Assembly: GCA_963712115.1 (NCBI GenBank)
Contig: CAVQGX010000037.1
Coordinates: 55,739 to 119,738, forward strand
Source of the DNA: an uncultured delta proteobacterium
GTDB taxonomy: Bacteria > Desulfobacterota > Syntrophobacteria > BM002
DNA length: 64,000 nt
Direction of reading: 5' to 3'
A program made the position numbers and the translations under genes. Position 1 is the first letter of the stretch. Each line of letters starts with the position of its first letter. Below the pieces are notes generated by a model. The model was not told the origin of the DNA. It was given only the letters and a program-made list of their open reading frames with translations, and did no database searches. Positions 46,022 through 57,290 of the stretch are shown one piece after another.

Positions 46022-46309
46022 TCATTGCCAACTAACCAAAATACCGTCTTTGAAAAAGAGATATCTCTCCTTTGAATATCCTTTATAAATCCAGACGATG
46101 AGGCACTCGTCCCGGTAACAATTTTCATCCACCGAGTCTGGGCTACCCCAAGCCTCCCTCACTGTATTCATCGGAAGGCCAGGCCGTAGAAGCTCGTAGG
46201 TTCTGTTCTCAGACTGATCAGGACTCTCCCGAATCCGCTCGCCAGTTTTAGGCCCACAAGAAACCAGTGAAATAATAGCCAAAAGTAGAATCAGGTTAGT
46301 AGGTTTCAT
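46022..46309 (-). CDS. small lipoprotein, BamE/SmpA-OmlA-like
   Basis: Internal ATG at 46307-46309. Lipobox 'LLLAIISLVSCG'. 'GLPMNTVREAWGSPDSV' resembles the BamE-type fold signature. Confidence 0.55.
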   Translation of the reverse strand: MKPTNLILLLAIISLVSCGPKTGERIRESPDQSENRTYELLRPGLPMNTVREAWGSPDSVDENCYRDECLIVWIYKGYSKERYLFFKDGILVSWQ

Positions 46310-46809
46310 CACACAGACTGCTCTCTGAGAAGCCGCCAAAGAAGATACAACTGACACCAGTTGGATTTGATCTGCCACATAGTCTCGCGCAACCATACTA
46401 CTTGTTAGATAGTTCCTATGTCAACATCAGCATTTCTGGAAATCAACATTTCTGGACCCCCAAGTCTAATACCTTAGTATGATATTATTTTCCAATAGTG
46501 GAAGTTTTTTTCCTAAAGTGTGGCTTGGATTTCTCAATTTATAAGAAGTGATTCCAGGGGCAATATAGGGTAACTGCTTGAGTATACAAGATAAATACTT
46601 TGATCAGATAACCTGGCACAGTCTTTGATATAGACGATATATCATTCTTTGGTCTAGCACTCAGACCGAACTACAGCGATAACCAAGACAATTAAGCTTT
46701 TCGTGCGATTTCACTGACAAGGTAATTCAAAAGGAACGTAACCTTTGGCACAAAACAGACTAACCAAATCTTAAGCGAATTTCTTAGCTAGAACTGCGGG
46801 TTCTGGGTC

Positions 46810-47496
46810 ATGATAGCAAGAGTAGACGAAGAGAGTATAGACTCCCAAGTGTTTGACATAAAAAGGATCTATATTGTCGGTCCCTGGCGAGTGCATAACG
46901 AGCTTCTCTCGTCTTTTCTGGAGGAGAGGATCGGAGCAGAATGCCTGATAGTTGAGACTATCAGGGACCTTCCAGTCTCCACCGGTGAAAGTGGGTATTC
47001 TCCAAGGCTAGTGCTTTTAGATTGTCTGGGTAAAGATCCGGTAAGCCTTTGGGAAGAATTTGAAGCGGAAACTAATGCGATTTTCTCTCGTGACTACGTG
47101 GTGCTTTTCAATGTAAGTCCTGGCATGGGATTTGAGGACAAAGCCTTAATGCAGGGAGCACGCGGGTTTTTCTATGTCCAGGACAACATCGAACAATTTG
47201 AGAGAGGTATTCTAGCTATTTATGCAGGAGAACTGTGGGTTTCACGAAAAATCATGACCGATTATATTTTGGAACATAGGCAACCACTTCTGCCATTCGA
47301 AAGGAACGGTACAGGCATTACCAAGAGAGAATCGGAGATTCTGGGCACAATCGCTGAGGGTGCTACCAATGAAGAGATCGCCGAAAAATTCTTCATCAGT
47401 CCACATACAGTCAAGAGCCACCTTTACAATATCTACAAAAAAGTCGGAGTGTCAAATCGACTGCAAGCGGCCCTCTGGGCCAGGAGAAACCTTTAG
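46810..47496 (+). CDS. LuxR/CsgD-family transcription regulator (EpsA-like)
   Basis: C-terminal HTH 'ITKRESEILGTIAEGATNEEIAEKFFISPHTVKSHLYNIYKKVGVSNRLQAALWA'. It sits at the head of the EPS locus. Confidence 0.85.
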   Translation: MIARVDEESIDSQVFDIKRIYIVGPWRVHNELLSSFLEERIGAECLIVETIRDLPVSTGESGYSPRLVLLDCLGKDPVSLWEEFEAETNAIFSRDYVVLFNVSPGMGFEDKALMQGARGFFYVQDNIEQFERGILAIYAGELWVSRKIMTDYILEHRQPLLPFERNGTGITKRESEILGTIAEGATNEEIAEKFFISPHTVKSHLYNIYKKVGVSNRLQAALWARRNL

Positions 47497-47666
47497 CAAC
47501 TAGTAAAAAAGTATTAGATGGTAGATATGCTCTTAGTGCCACTTTTTGAATAAGTTCAACTTTAAAAAGTCCCCACTATTGAAAAAGTGGGATTTAGAGG
47601 CTGTCCAACGGACTGACTTTCCCTTTCCCGGCGGGAGGGGAAAAGAGGGGAATACTTCCCAACAGT

Positions 47667-47750
47667 AACCCTGTTGCAATCCAGGCTTCGCAGGGTTGGC
47701 AGGCGAGATTCGACAGGGCGAATCCTCCCCGTCTCCGCCTGAGAGCGGGA
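47667..47750. repeat. GC-rich REP-like palindrome cluster
   Basis: AACCCTG/CAGGGTT (47667-47697), GAGATTCG/CGAATCCTC and GGCGAGA/TCTCCGCC (47702-47740). The track ORFs across it are low-complexity Pro/Gly/Arg. Confidence 0.4.
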
Positions 47751-47998
47751 TCTTCGACAAGGGAAAGAATAATGATGTTTCCGTAGTTAAGCAAGCTAAC
47801 TAGAAGAAACTACGTCACTTACAAACAAATTGGCAGCGGGTACTCCCACTGTTAGTTGCCGCAAAACAACAATACCTTTTCCTTAAATTATCCCAGGTGA
47901 CCTCAAACCTGAACGGGCGGAGCCTACCCTGAAAACCCATACGGGCTAGACTTCATTAACCCTCAAGCAAGCAACGACCTGGATCGGAAAGACGGACA

Positions 47999-49414
47999 TT
48001 GAAATCTAGATTGTCTGGTAAGCTGCGAACTGCTGAGAATTCGCCAGGATTGCTGATCAACCCATCCGTTTTGCAACGAGTGTGCAGGGTAATGATCGAG
48101 ACTTTGCTCGTTTGTTTGCCAAACGCCACGGGAAGTGCGATCTACAGCATCGGTCCTTTACCACATCTCAGCCTCAAGCTTGTTAGTTCGGCCAGAAGAT
48201 ATGGACAGACTGACAAGATCCTTTGGGATGAGATCAATAAGTCTTCTAATAATTTTGCCGTCAAAAAGTGGGAGGATTATCGTGATCACAAGGGTGGCAT
48301 TCTGGGAGGATTGGCATGGTGCGTAGAAAACCAAATTAGTTGGACCGTTGATCATGCGGTGTCTAAGAGGCATAATATGAATGATTTGCCTGAAAAGAAT
48401 GGTTTTGATGGTTTCTATCATCTGGAGCCGATCTTGATTAAGAAGGCCGAACTAGGGCAACGGGAGGTTTCACTGCCTAATCATCCAAAGAATAGCCAAG
48501 GAAAGACAATATGGCAGAAAAGTTCCAACGCAACGGTTGGAGTTATAAAGACAGATTTTCTCCCAGGAACTATAGCTCCGGGAGATAGATCCGCTCGAGT
48601 TATAAAAATGCTGTCTGGGTTTTTCGGCATTCAGATGCTTTCTTTGCATGCGATTCAAACCACAGTCGAGAAGTCAAAGCACATTCAAAAAGAGCGGCAA
48701 AAGGTGTGCAATAAGCTTTCTCATGATTTCAGAGCCATATTGGCAAGATTGGGACTCCTCTATCGAATCATAGATTTCGAAATCAGCAACTTGCGCGAGT
48801 CATGGGAGACCTTGTTTCATCACTGTTATCCAGAGAAGCCGTACAAACGACCTATGATTAGGGAACTGGATCGGCTGCTGCAAGAGATAGAACTAAAGTA
48901 TGAAGTGCGAGGTGATTGCGATGATGTGACCAGGTTGAAACACTATCAGAAACTTTTGTTGGAATACTATTTTCTACCAAAACAAAACAAGATCTGGTTA
49001 CGCCACAAAATAAGGCCTTTGTGGGCTTCAGTTGCATCAGAGTTCGATTTATCTCCTCCATTGAAAAACCAAGTTGAAGATCTATTGGAAGGATTAGAAG
49101 AATCGTTTGGTGTATTTTTGGAGGAAAAAGCCATAGCAAGGATTGATCTGGTTCCGGAATCAGTGAAGAAAAACTGGCTTCGGCTAGCGTACTCAGAGTT
49201 GGATTGGAATGACAAGACGGTCTTCGAAGAATACATTGACCTCCTCGACAGTTTGAGCGTAGAGTTAGATCACAGAAGACACTCATCGAGAAATCTGGTC
49301 TATTTGAAAAATCTAGTTGAATTAATGCCGGAAATAGAGCAAAAGCTTGGTAGGAATTTGGTATATTTACAGAGGGACATCGATGCACTTGAGGTTAGTC
49401 CAGTTTCAGTTTGA
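47999..49414 (+). CDS. hypothetical 471-aa soluble protein (start uncertain)
   Basis: Long ORF between the regulator and the Wza-like gene, with a TTG start. I recognise no family. One H-box-like string, 'KLSHDFRAILARL', has no ATPase N/G boxes after it. Confidence 0.6.
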   Translation: MKSRLSGKLRTAENSPGLLINPSVLQRVCRVMIETLLVCLPNATGSAIYSIGPLPHLSLKLVSSARRYGQTDKILWDEINKSSNNFAVKKWEDYRDHKGGILGGLAWCVENQISWTVDHAVSKRHNMNDLPEKNGFDGFYHLEPILIKKAELGQREVSLPNHPKNSQGKTIWQKSSNATVGVIKTDFLPGTIAPGDRSARVIKMLSGFFGIQMLSLHAIQTTVEKSKHIQKERQKVCNKLSHDFRAILARLGLLYRIIDFEISNLRESWETLFHHCYPEKPYKRPMIRELDRLLQEIELKYEVRGDCDDVTRLKHYQKLLLEYYFLPKQNKIWLRHKIRPLWASVASEFDLSPPLKNQVEDLLEGLEESFGVFLEEKAIARIDLVPESVKKNWLRLAYSELDWNDKTVFEEYIDLLDSLSVELDHRRHSSRNLVYLKNLVELMPEIEQKLGRNLVYLQRDIDALEVSPVSV

Positions 49415-49439
49415 ATAGGGCTAAAGGGGAGGATTTGTA

Positions 49440-50024
49440 ATGCGGAAAGTTGTCTTTATAATATTTTTTCTCATGATCTTCATCAGCGCACGTGCGGATC
49501 TTTCTTCGGCTGCAGAAAAGACGACCCACATCTCCCCCGGGCCTACATTCTATCTTGGACCTGCAGACGTACTCGAAATATCGGTTTGGAAAGATGAAGC
49601 TCTCACCAAGCAGGTAGTTGTGAGGCCGGATGGAATGATATCTTTTCCCCTCATTGGGCAGATACCTGCAGCGGGACGTACGGTGGAAGAACTTCAGACA
49701 GACATTCAGAGAAGAATTAGTAAATACGTACCGGACGCTCCAGTGACAGTGCTGGTGGCAGAGATAGGCAGTCCAAAAATCTATGTTGTGGGCAAGGTCA
49801 ACAAGCCAGGAGTATACATTATGGGACATTACCTCAGGGTCATGCAGGCACTAGCCATGGCCGGAGGTACAACCACCTTTGCCGATAGGGACGATATAAT
49901 GATTATTAGAGAGGAACAGAACAGGCAAATCATTATGAAGTTTAATTATGATAGGGTGGCTAGTGGTATGGACCTGCACAAGAATATCACCTTGAAGCCT
50001 GGAGATACAATTGTTGTTCCTTAA
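49440..50024 (+). CDS. periplasmic polysaccharide export protein (Wza/EpsE-like)
   Basis: GGGGAGGA RBS. Signal peptide. 'LGPADVLEISVW..VVRPDGMISFPLIG' and 'VYVVGKVNKPGVY'. Confidence 0.85.
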   Translation: MRKVVFIIFFLMIFISARADLSSAAEKTTHISPGPTFYLGPADVLEISVWKDEALTKQVVVRPDGMISFPLIGQIPAAGRTVEELQTDIQRRISKYVPDAPVTVLVAEIGSPKIYVVGKVNKPGVYIMGHYLRVMQALAMAGGTTTFADRDDIMIIREEQNRQIIMKFNYDRVASGMDLHKNITLKPGDTIVVP

Positions 50025-50034
50025 GGTTCTGGAC

Positions 50035-51282
50035 ATGAAAGAATCAAAAATAACTTTTCTGTGTCATGTTGTCTTTTCCCTTATTCTCATTAAGGCTTGC
50101 CTGTATAATGTCTGGGTAGTTCCTGTCCATGCTGATTACGAACACGGCGCGACAGCCTCATTGGCGATTAGGGGAGAATATGATGATAATACTCAGTTTA
50201 CAGGCAAGGAGGATTATGTGCTGGAGGTCTCGCCATCAGCAGCGCTTTCTGCGGTGACCGAGGTAACGCAGATACAGGTGGGTGCCGATATAGACATCAG
50301 GGAATACAAGAATAACAATGATCTGAGCAGCGTAGATCAATATTATCAAGTTCTGGGTGGTGTTACCCTGGAGGAGAGGGTTGAGATAGATATCGTCGGG
50401 ACTCATTTAAGGGATCACACTTTCCAATCAGAGTTGGAGGAAACCGGTATCGTGTTAAAACAGACGTCGCGCAACCAAACAACCATAAGTCCAATAGGAA
50501 CATTTTGGCTGGCCCCACGTGACCGAATGCAGCTCACCTATGAGTACGGCGATACCAACTTCAACTCGGACGACCGCCGGGACTACACCTACCACGACTG
50601 CGATAGTCGGCTGGCTTCATGATCTGCAAAATGAAAGAACAACGCTTGGATTACTTGTTGGGGCAAACCGGACCGAATATGGGGACAACATTGACAATCC
50701 GAACGAAGAAATAACATACAAAGGAGTAGGAGCTGGGGTGCAGTTGGATCACATGTTCTCAGAGACCTTTATTACGAACCTAAAGGCTGGAGCCACTTAT
50801 ACCGAGTCTGAGACCAGGGGCGCCGGTGATAATGACACCACGAGCGACACTAATTTTGTCGGGGAGGCCTCTGTCAGGTGGATTTTCGAGAGGTCCACCC
50901 TTTCAGCTCTGGTCAGATCAACAGGTTGTACCTAGCTCTGCCGGGGAGAACGTAGCTCGCACCCAGGCGAATTTTGGTCTGGGATACCGGTTTTCCGAAA
51001 AATTTGGATGCAACCTTGGTGGTTATTATCGCCGAAGTGATCCGCTGAGGGGCGGTCAGACCGTTCAGACATTCGCGAGGGCGGGCTGCGCTCACTTATA
51101 GGTTCACCCAGAATTTAGGCTTGTCTTTGGGCTACTCATATACCAAAACGGATCAAGAAAGTGCCACAATTGTGGACGATGACCGCAATCGGGTTTTTCT
51201 GCAGCTCAGATGGCTTATTCACCAGCCAGAATGGAGAGTAAGGCCACCCAAGCCGCTGGTTAAATGGCCGCATCGTTTGTAA
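50035..51282 (+). pseudogene. putative outer-membrane beta-barrel of the EPS locus, reading frame broken at least 3 times
   Basis: Signal-like N-terminus 'MKESKITFLCHVVFSLILIKA'. The coding signal moves through frames 1, 2, 0 and 1, near 50600, 50920 and 51080. The pieces have alternating beta-strand character ('ANFGLGYRFSEKF', 'LGLSLGYSYTKTD'). The 3' end is approximate. Confidence 0.55.
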
Positions 51283-51309
51283 TTTTAATAACCATAAGGA
51301 CTTCAAAGA

Positions 51310-53027
51310 ATGGAAAAAATATAGATCTCAAGGATTACGTCGATGTTTCAAACGTCGTAAGGATTTATTTTATTATTCCTGCTGTGATTATCTTTATCTT
51401 TATTGGTACGCCGTTGCTTTCATCCTGCCTGCAATTTACAAATCTACCGCCAGCGATCTTGATCGAGGCAGCAGGAAATTCCTGAAGATCTCGTTCGCAC
51501 CACGGTGACCGGCTACGTGGAAGAGCGCCTTCAGACAGTCACCGAGCGCGTCCTCGGAGACGACAATCTTCTTGGATGTTGCAGAGCGCTTTGCTCTCTT
51601 TACAGACCTGGGAGCGTGAGAATACCATGCAGAAATTAGTTCAAGCATGAGGGAAAGCATTGACAGTTGAGTCGCATACGACCGAGGTGCGAAACTGATA
51701 GATTTAGCAAGAGCCAATCCAGTCAACTGACTGCCTTTACGGTCTCTTTTGAGGGGAAGGAACCGGAGAAATTGGCAGCAGTTACCAACCACCTTGCTTC
51801 TCTTTTCTTGGAGGAAAATACGAAAGATCGGGAACAAAAGGCACAAACAACTATCGAGTTTCTCGAAAAGCAGCTTGTAGATCTTCGTTCAGAAATCCAA
51901 GAAACCGAGGCACAGCTTGCAGATTTCAAAGAGAAACACATGAACGAACTTCCAGAGCTTATGCAACTCAACCTGAAGACCATGGACCAACTAGAGAGAC
52001 AGATTGGAGGCTCAGGAGCGAAACATCAAAATCTGATCAACCGGAAGATCTATCTCGAAGGGCAATTGGCCCTGCTGGAGCCGAGTATGCACAAGGTGAG
52101 TGCGGATGGAAAGCGCATTTTGACGCCAAAGGAGGAACTCTCCGTCCTGCGAAGCCAATATCTGAGCCTCAGTTCTTCACTTTCTGAAGAACATCCAGAT
52201 GTAATCAAGTTAAAGAAGAAACTTGCAGCTCTGGAAGGGGAAGTGAACACCAGAGAGGAATTGCGGCAGCTTCGGCGCGAACTCTACGACAAGGAACATC
52301 GAGCTTGCTTTGCTGCTAGAAGAGAGTTTCCTCGAGCCATCCTGATGCAGTTAGATTAAGAAAAGAAGTGCTTGCGCTCAAGGAGACGGGTGCAGGAACT
52401 TTCGAGATACCGTCGGTATTATGAAGGTGGAGGAGCAAAATCCTGAGAATCCCAGCGTACATTAACGTGCAAGACGAGTATCACTTCCACCAGAATGGAA
52501 ATTGACGCTGCCAAAAGAGAACTCGAGCAACTTAGAGGAAAAATACGAAGACTACAGAAACAGGATAGAAAATACGCCCAAAGTGGAACAGGAGTACCTT
52601 GACCTTCAGCGTAACTATGCAAAACGCAAGGCAAACTACCAGGAAACCGAGAACAACTGAGGCTGCAAAGGAGGCAAAGGGCCTTGAAGAGAGCCACATG
52701 GGTGAAAAATTTACCTTGGTCCAGCCGGCCACAACTCCGGTCAAGCCATATAAACCGAACCGCATTGCTATTTTTCTGTTGGGAGTGGTGCTTGCTGCAG
52801 GTGCAGGTTTGGGCACAGGTTCGCTTACGGAATACATGGATCACTCAGTGCACACCGCCGATGAACTTGCCAGGGTCGCCGGGCACAGGGTGTTGACGGT
52901 AATTCCGTATTGGGAGACGTCCAGTGAAGTTGAGCGTAAACGTCGAAGGCTCTGGGCTCTGGTGGGGAGCAGCGTAGTGATCGTGTTAATAGGCCTGGTA
53001 GCCTTAAATTTTTTTTACCAGCCGTAG
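51310..53027 (+). pseudogene. GumC/Wzz-type chain-length determinant (PEP-CTERM-locus type), heavily frameshifted
   Basis: Stitching frames gives 'MEK-NIDLKDYVDV-FKRRKDLF-IIPAVIIFIFIGT-AVAFILPAIYKSTAS-ILIE-QEIPEDLVRTTVTGYVEERLQTVTERVLGDDNLL-DVAERFALFTDL'. This continues as 'TAFTVSFEGKEPEKLAAVTNHLASLFLEENTKDREQKAQTTIEFLEKQL..' and ends '..GEKFTLVQPATTPVKPYKPNRIAIFLLGVVLAAGAGLG'. There are at least 8 frame changes in 51310-51620 and more near 52360-52680. Confidence 0.75.
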
Positions 53028-53044
53028 GCGAAGGATAGAATCCA

Positions 53045-53863
53045 ATGAGCAAAATAGCCAAGGCACTGGAAAAAGCAAAAAAACAACGGCGTGATCGTTC
53101 TTCACAAGGTCAGGCTTCCGATTTTCGGGACTCTGTGGACTCACTGAGACTCGATCTCCAGCAGCTCTCTTACTCGCAGACAAGATCAATCCGCCTCAAT
53201 AATACGCACCTCGAGTTTAATCGGCTGAATACCTTTCTCGACAATGCCCTGGCCGTAGACCGCTACAATGTGTTGTGTACCCAAATCCTGCAGGAGACTC
53301 GCAAGAATGGCAGCAACACCTTGATGGTCACCAGTTGTATTGATGGTGAGGGCAAAACAGTCACCGCCATCAATCTCGCCACCAGTATTGCCAGAAAAGC
53401 TCAACACACGGTCCTCCTGGTGGACGCAGATTTGCGAAACCCGAAGGTTCGTTCTTATCTTGGCTTTAATGCAGAAAAAGGGCTTTCTCACTACCTTGAA
53501 GAAGACGTACCCCTCTCGCAACTCCTCGTCAATCCCGGGCTACCCAAGATGGTAATTCTCCCGGCCGGTAAGCCTCTTCTTCGTTCCACAGAAATCCTGA
53601 GTTCTCCGAAGATGGAGAAGTTAGTCCGTGAGATGAAGACTCGCTACCCGGAGCGGTATGTGATTTTTGACTGCCCCCCCTTGCTGAGTGTTTCGGATTC
53701 AATGGTATTTGCATCCTATGTAGACGGGATTATTTTGGTGGTAGAGGCAGGGAGGACGTCGGAGGATCAGATTCGCAAGTCGGTGGAGTTATTGAAGGAC
53801 AGGCCTCTGCTCGGACTGGTCCTGAACAAAGGCCGGGGATCTTTCAAGGGCTATTACTATTGA
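53045..53863 (+). CDS. CpsD/CapB-type tyrosine autokinase (P-loop)
   Basis: GAAGGA RBS. Walker A' 'SCIDGEGKT', 'VLLVDADLRNP', 'VIFDCPP'. C-terminal Tyr cluster 'KGYYY'. Confidence 0.85.
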   Translation: MSKIAKALEKAKKQRRDRSSQGQASDFRDSVDSLRLDLQQLSYSQTRSIRLNNTHLEFNRLNTFLDNALAVDRYNVLCTQILQETRKNGSNTLMVTSCIDGEGKTVTAINLATSIARKAQHTVLLVDADLRNPKVRSYLGFNAEKGLSHYLEEDVPLSQLLVNPGLPKMVILPAGKPLLRSTEILSSPKMEKLVREMKTRYPERYVIFDCPPLLSVSDSMVFASYVDGIILVVEAGRTSEDQIRKSVELLKDRPLLGLVLNKGRGSFKGYYY

Positions 53864-53895
53864 AGAAAACACGCGAACGATCCGCTCGCCGAACC

Positions 53896-53991
53896 CGTCA
53901 TTCCGGACGAGTCCGCCTCTGGCGGACGAGATCCGGAATCCATCTGGATCCCGGCTCGCGTCCCGCTTTGCGGGACTTGGCCGGGATGACG
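53896..53991. repeat. 96-nt composite palindromic (REP/BIME-like) element folding as a four-way junction
   Basis: Outer stem CGTCATTCCGG/CCGGGATGACG. Inner hairpins are GTCCGCC-TCT-GGCGGAC (53911-53927), CCGGAATCCA-TC-TGGATCCCGG (53933-53954) and GTCCCGC-TTT-GCGGGAC (53960-53976). Confidence 0.6.
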
Positions 53992-54098
53992 AATTGCGAT
54001 ATAGTCTCTCGAAGGGAAATGGACCGGATAATTATCCTGCGGAGCAAAAGACATATTCGTTTTAGTAAGTTAACTCTTTTACTACAAGAGCTATTATT

Positions 54099-55133
54099 AT
54101 GTACCTAGACTTCTACGGTTTTCGCCAAAAGCCTTTCAATCTGGTGGCCGATCCCGGTTTTCTGTATATGAGTGCGAAGCACCGGCTGGCCCTGACCTAT
54201 TTAGAATACGGACTAATGGACGGGATTGGTTTTGTGCTCTTAACCGGGGAGATCGGAACCGGAAAGACAACTCTGATCAGAAAGCTGCTGAGTCAAGTCG
54301 AAAAAGCCGTCGACGTGGCTGTGGTTTTCAACACAAATGTCACCTCTGAGCAACTCCTGGAGCTCATCTTACAAGAATTCGAGGTCGAGACACGCAGCCG
54401 GAGAAAAGCAGCTCATCTCGACACCCTCAATCAATTCCTCATCCGCAAGTATGGAGAAGGTCGACGGGCGGTGCTCATCGTCGATGAGGCCCAGAACCTT
54501 TCATGGAGTGCTCTGGAAGAGGTCCGCATGCTCTCAAACTTGCAAACCGATCAGGAACCTCTGCTGCAGATCGTACTCGTGGGTCAGCCGGCATTGAGGA
54601 GTAAGCTCCAGGATCCTTCCCTGGCTCAATTGAGTCAACGCATTGCCGTCAGCTATCACTTGAGTTCTCTAAGTTTTCCGGAGGTCAAAGAATATATCGC
54701 TCACAGACTGCAAAAAGCAGGTGTCCAAAAGGGTCATATCTTCGATCTCGAGGCGATGAAATCTATTTTTCACCACTCAAAGGGCATCCCGCGAGCCATC
54801 AACATCATCTGCGATGCAGCCCTGTTGTATGGCTATGCAGATGAACTGAAGAGCGTCAACAAGCAGGTCATTGAGCAGGTTGTAAAGGACAAGAATGACG
54901 TCGGACTGGTCACTACGTGTCTGGTTCCGGAGGCAGGGCAGTTTTCGGCTGACAATTCACGAGACAACGGCCATGTTCTCACCCGGCTGCAAAACCTGGA
55001 AGAAAAGATATCTAAACTTTCAGGGCTCGTTGATTGGCAGAGTCCAGACCGAGGAAGACCGAGCAGAGAAGTACAAGGACAGACTGATTCACAATCTCGA
55101 AAAAATGCTAGCTCAAGAGCGGAAGCGCAATGA
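54099..55133 (+). CDS. ExeA-like AAA ATPase of PEP-CTERM-type EPS loci; the C-terminus is probably frameshifted
   Basis: 'FYGFRQKPF', Walker A 'GEIGTGKTT', Walker B 'VLIVDEAQNL'. After ~55040 the +1 frame encodes a much more protein-like coiled coil, 'VQTEEDRAEKYKDRLIHNLEKMLAQERKRNDKLVEMYQEM', ending at 55206. Confidence 0.8.
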   Translation: MYLDFYGFRQKPFNLVADPGFLYMSAKHRLALTYLEYGLMDGIGFVLLTGEIGTGKTTLIRKLLSQVEKAVDVAVVFNTNVTSEQLLELILQEFEVETRSRRKAAHLDTLNQFLIRKYGEGRRAVLIVDEAQNLSWSALEEVRMLSNLQTDQEPLLQIVLVGQPALRSKLQDPSLAQLSQRIAVSYHLSSLSFPEVKEYIAHRLQKAGVQKGHIFDLEAMKSIFHHSKGIPRAINIICDAALLYGYADELKSVNKQVIEQVVKDKNDVGLVTTCLVPEAGQFSADNSRDNGHVLTRLQNLEEKISKLSGLVDWQSPDRGRPSREVQGQTDSQSRKNASSRAEAQ

Positions 55134-55304
55134 TAAGCTTGTGGAGATGTACCAAGAGATGAGATTCAGATTGCGCTCAAAGACAAGTGAAGTGAAAAAA
55201 GAGTGAACAAATCCACCCAACTCGATACTCAATCCTTAAATTGAACGACTCTTTGACTTCATGCCCCCTATTCAAAATGATCCTCTGAAGCCCTGTAAAA
55301 AACT

Positions 55305-55344
55305 CCCTCTCCCTCGACGGGAGAGGGTTGGGGTGAGGGTGAAG
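55305..55344. repeat. REP-like GC-rich hairpin
   Basis: CCCTCTCCC-TCGAC-GGGAGAGGG (55305-55327), followed by TTGGGGTGAGGGTGAAG. It is a common type of bacterial palindromic repeat. Confidence 0.5.
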
Positions 55345-55504
55345 AATCCCCTCCTCTCCGAAGCGTAGGCTCCACGAGCCAGAGGCGGCCAGGAGAGGGG
55401 AAACTAGTTATAGGAGAGCTTCCTAACCCCTTTTGAAAAGTAGGGCGCTTCACCGTACCCGCCGACCATGGTGAAAATAGGACTAAGAACACAGGAAAGA
55501 CAAT

Positions 55505-57250
<1,746 letters not shown>

Positions 57251-57290
57251 TTGCTGATCCTAACAATGACCATGCAATAATGAAACGGCA

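Noticed and set aside
47533-47794. ORFs across GC-rich palindromes (47533-47760, 47594-47794; likewise 53860-54108, 53857-54054 and 55268-55513).
   Set aside because: Their sequences (for example 'PSPVEGEGV', 'LDPGSRPALRDLAGMT') are the typical translation artefacts of REP-like repeats. The underlying DNA is palindromic.
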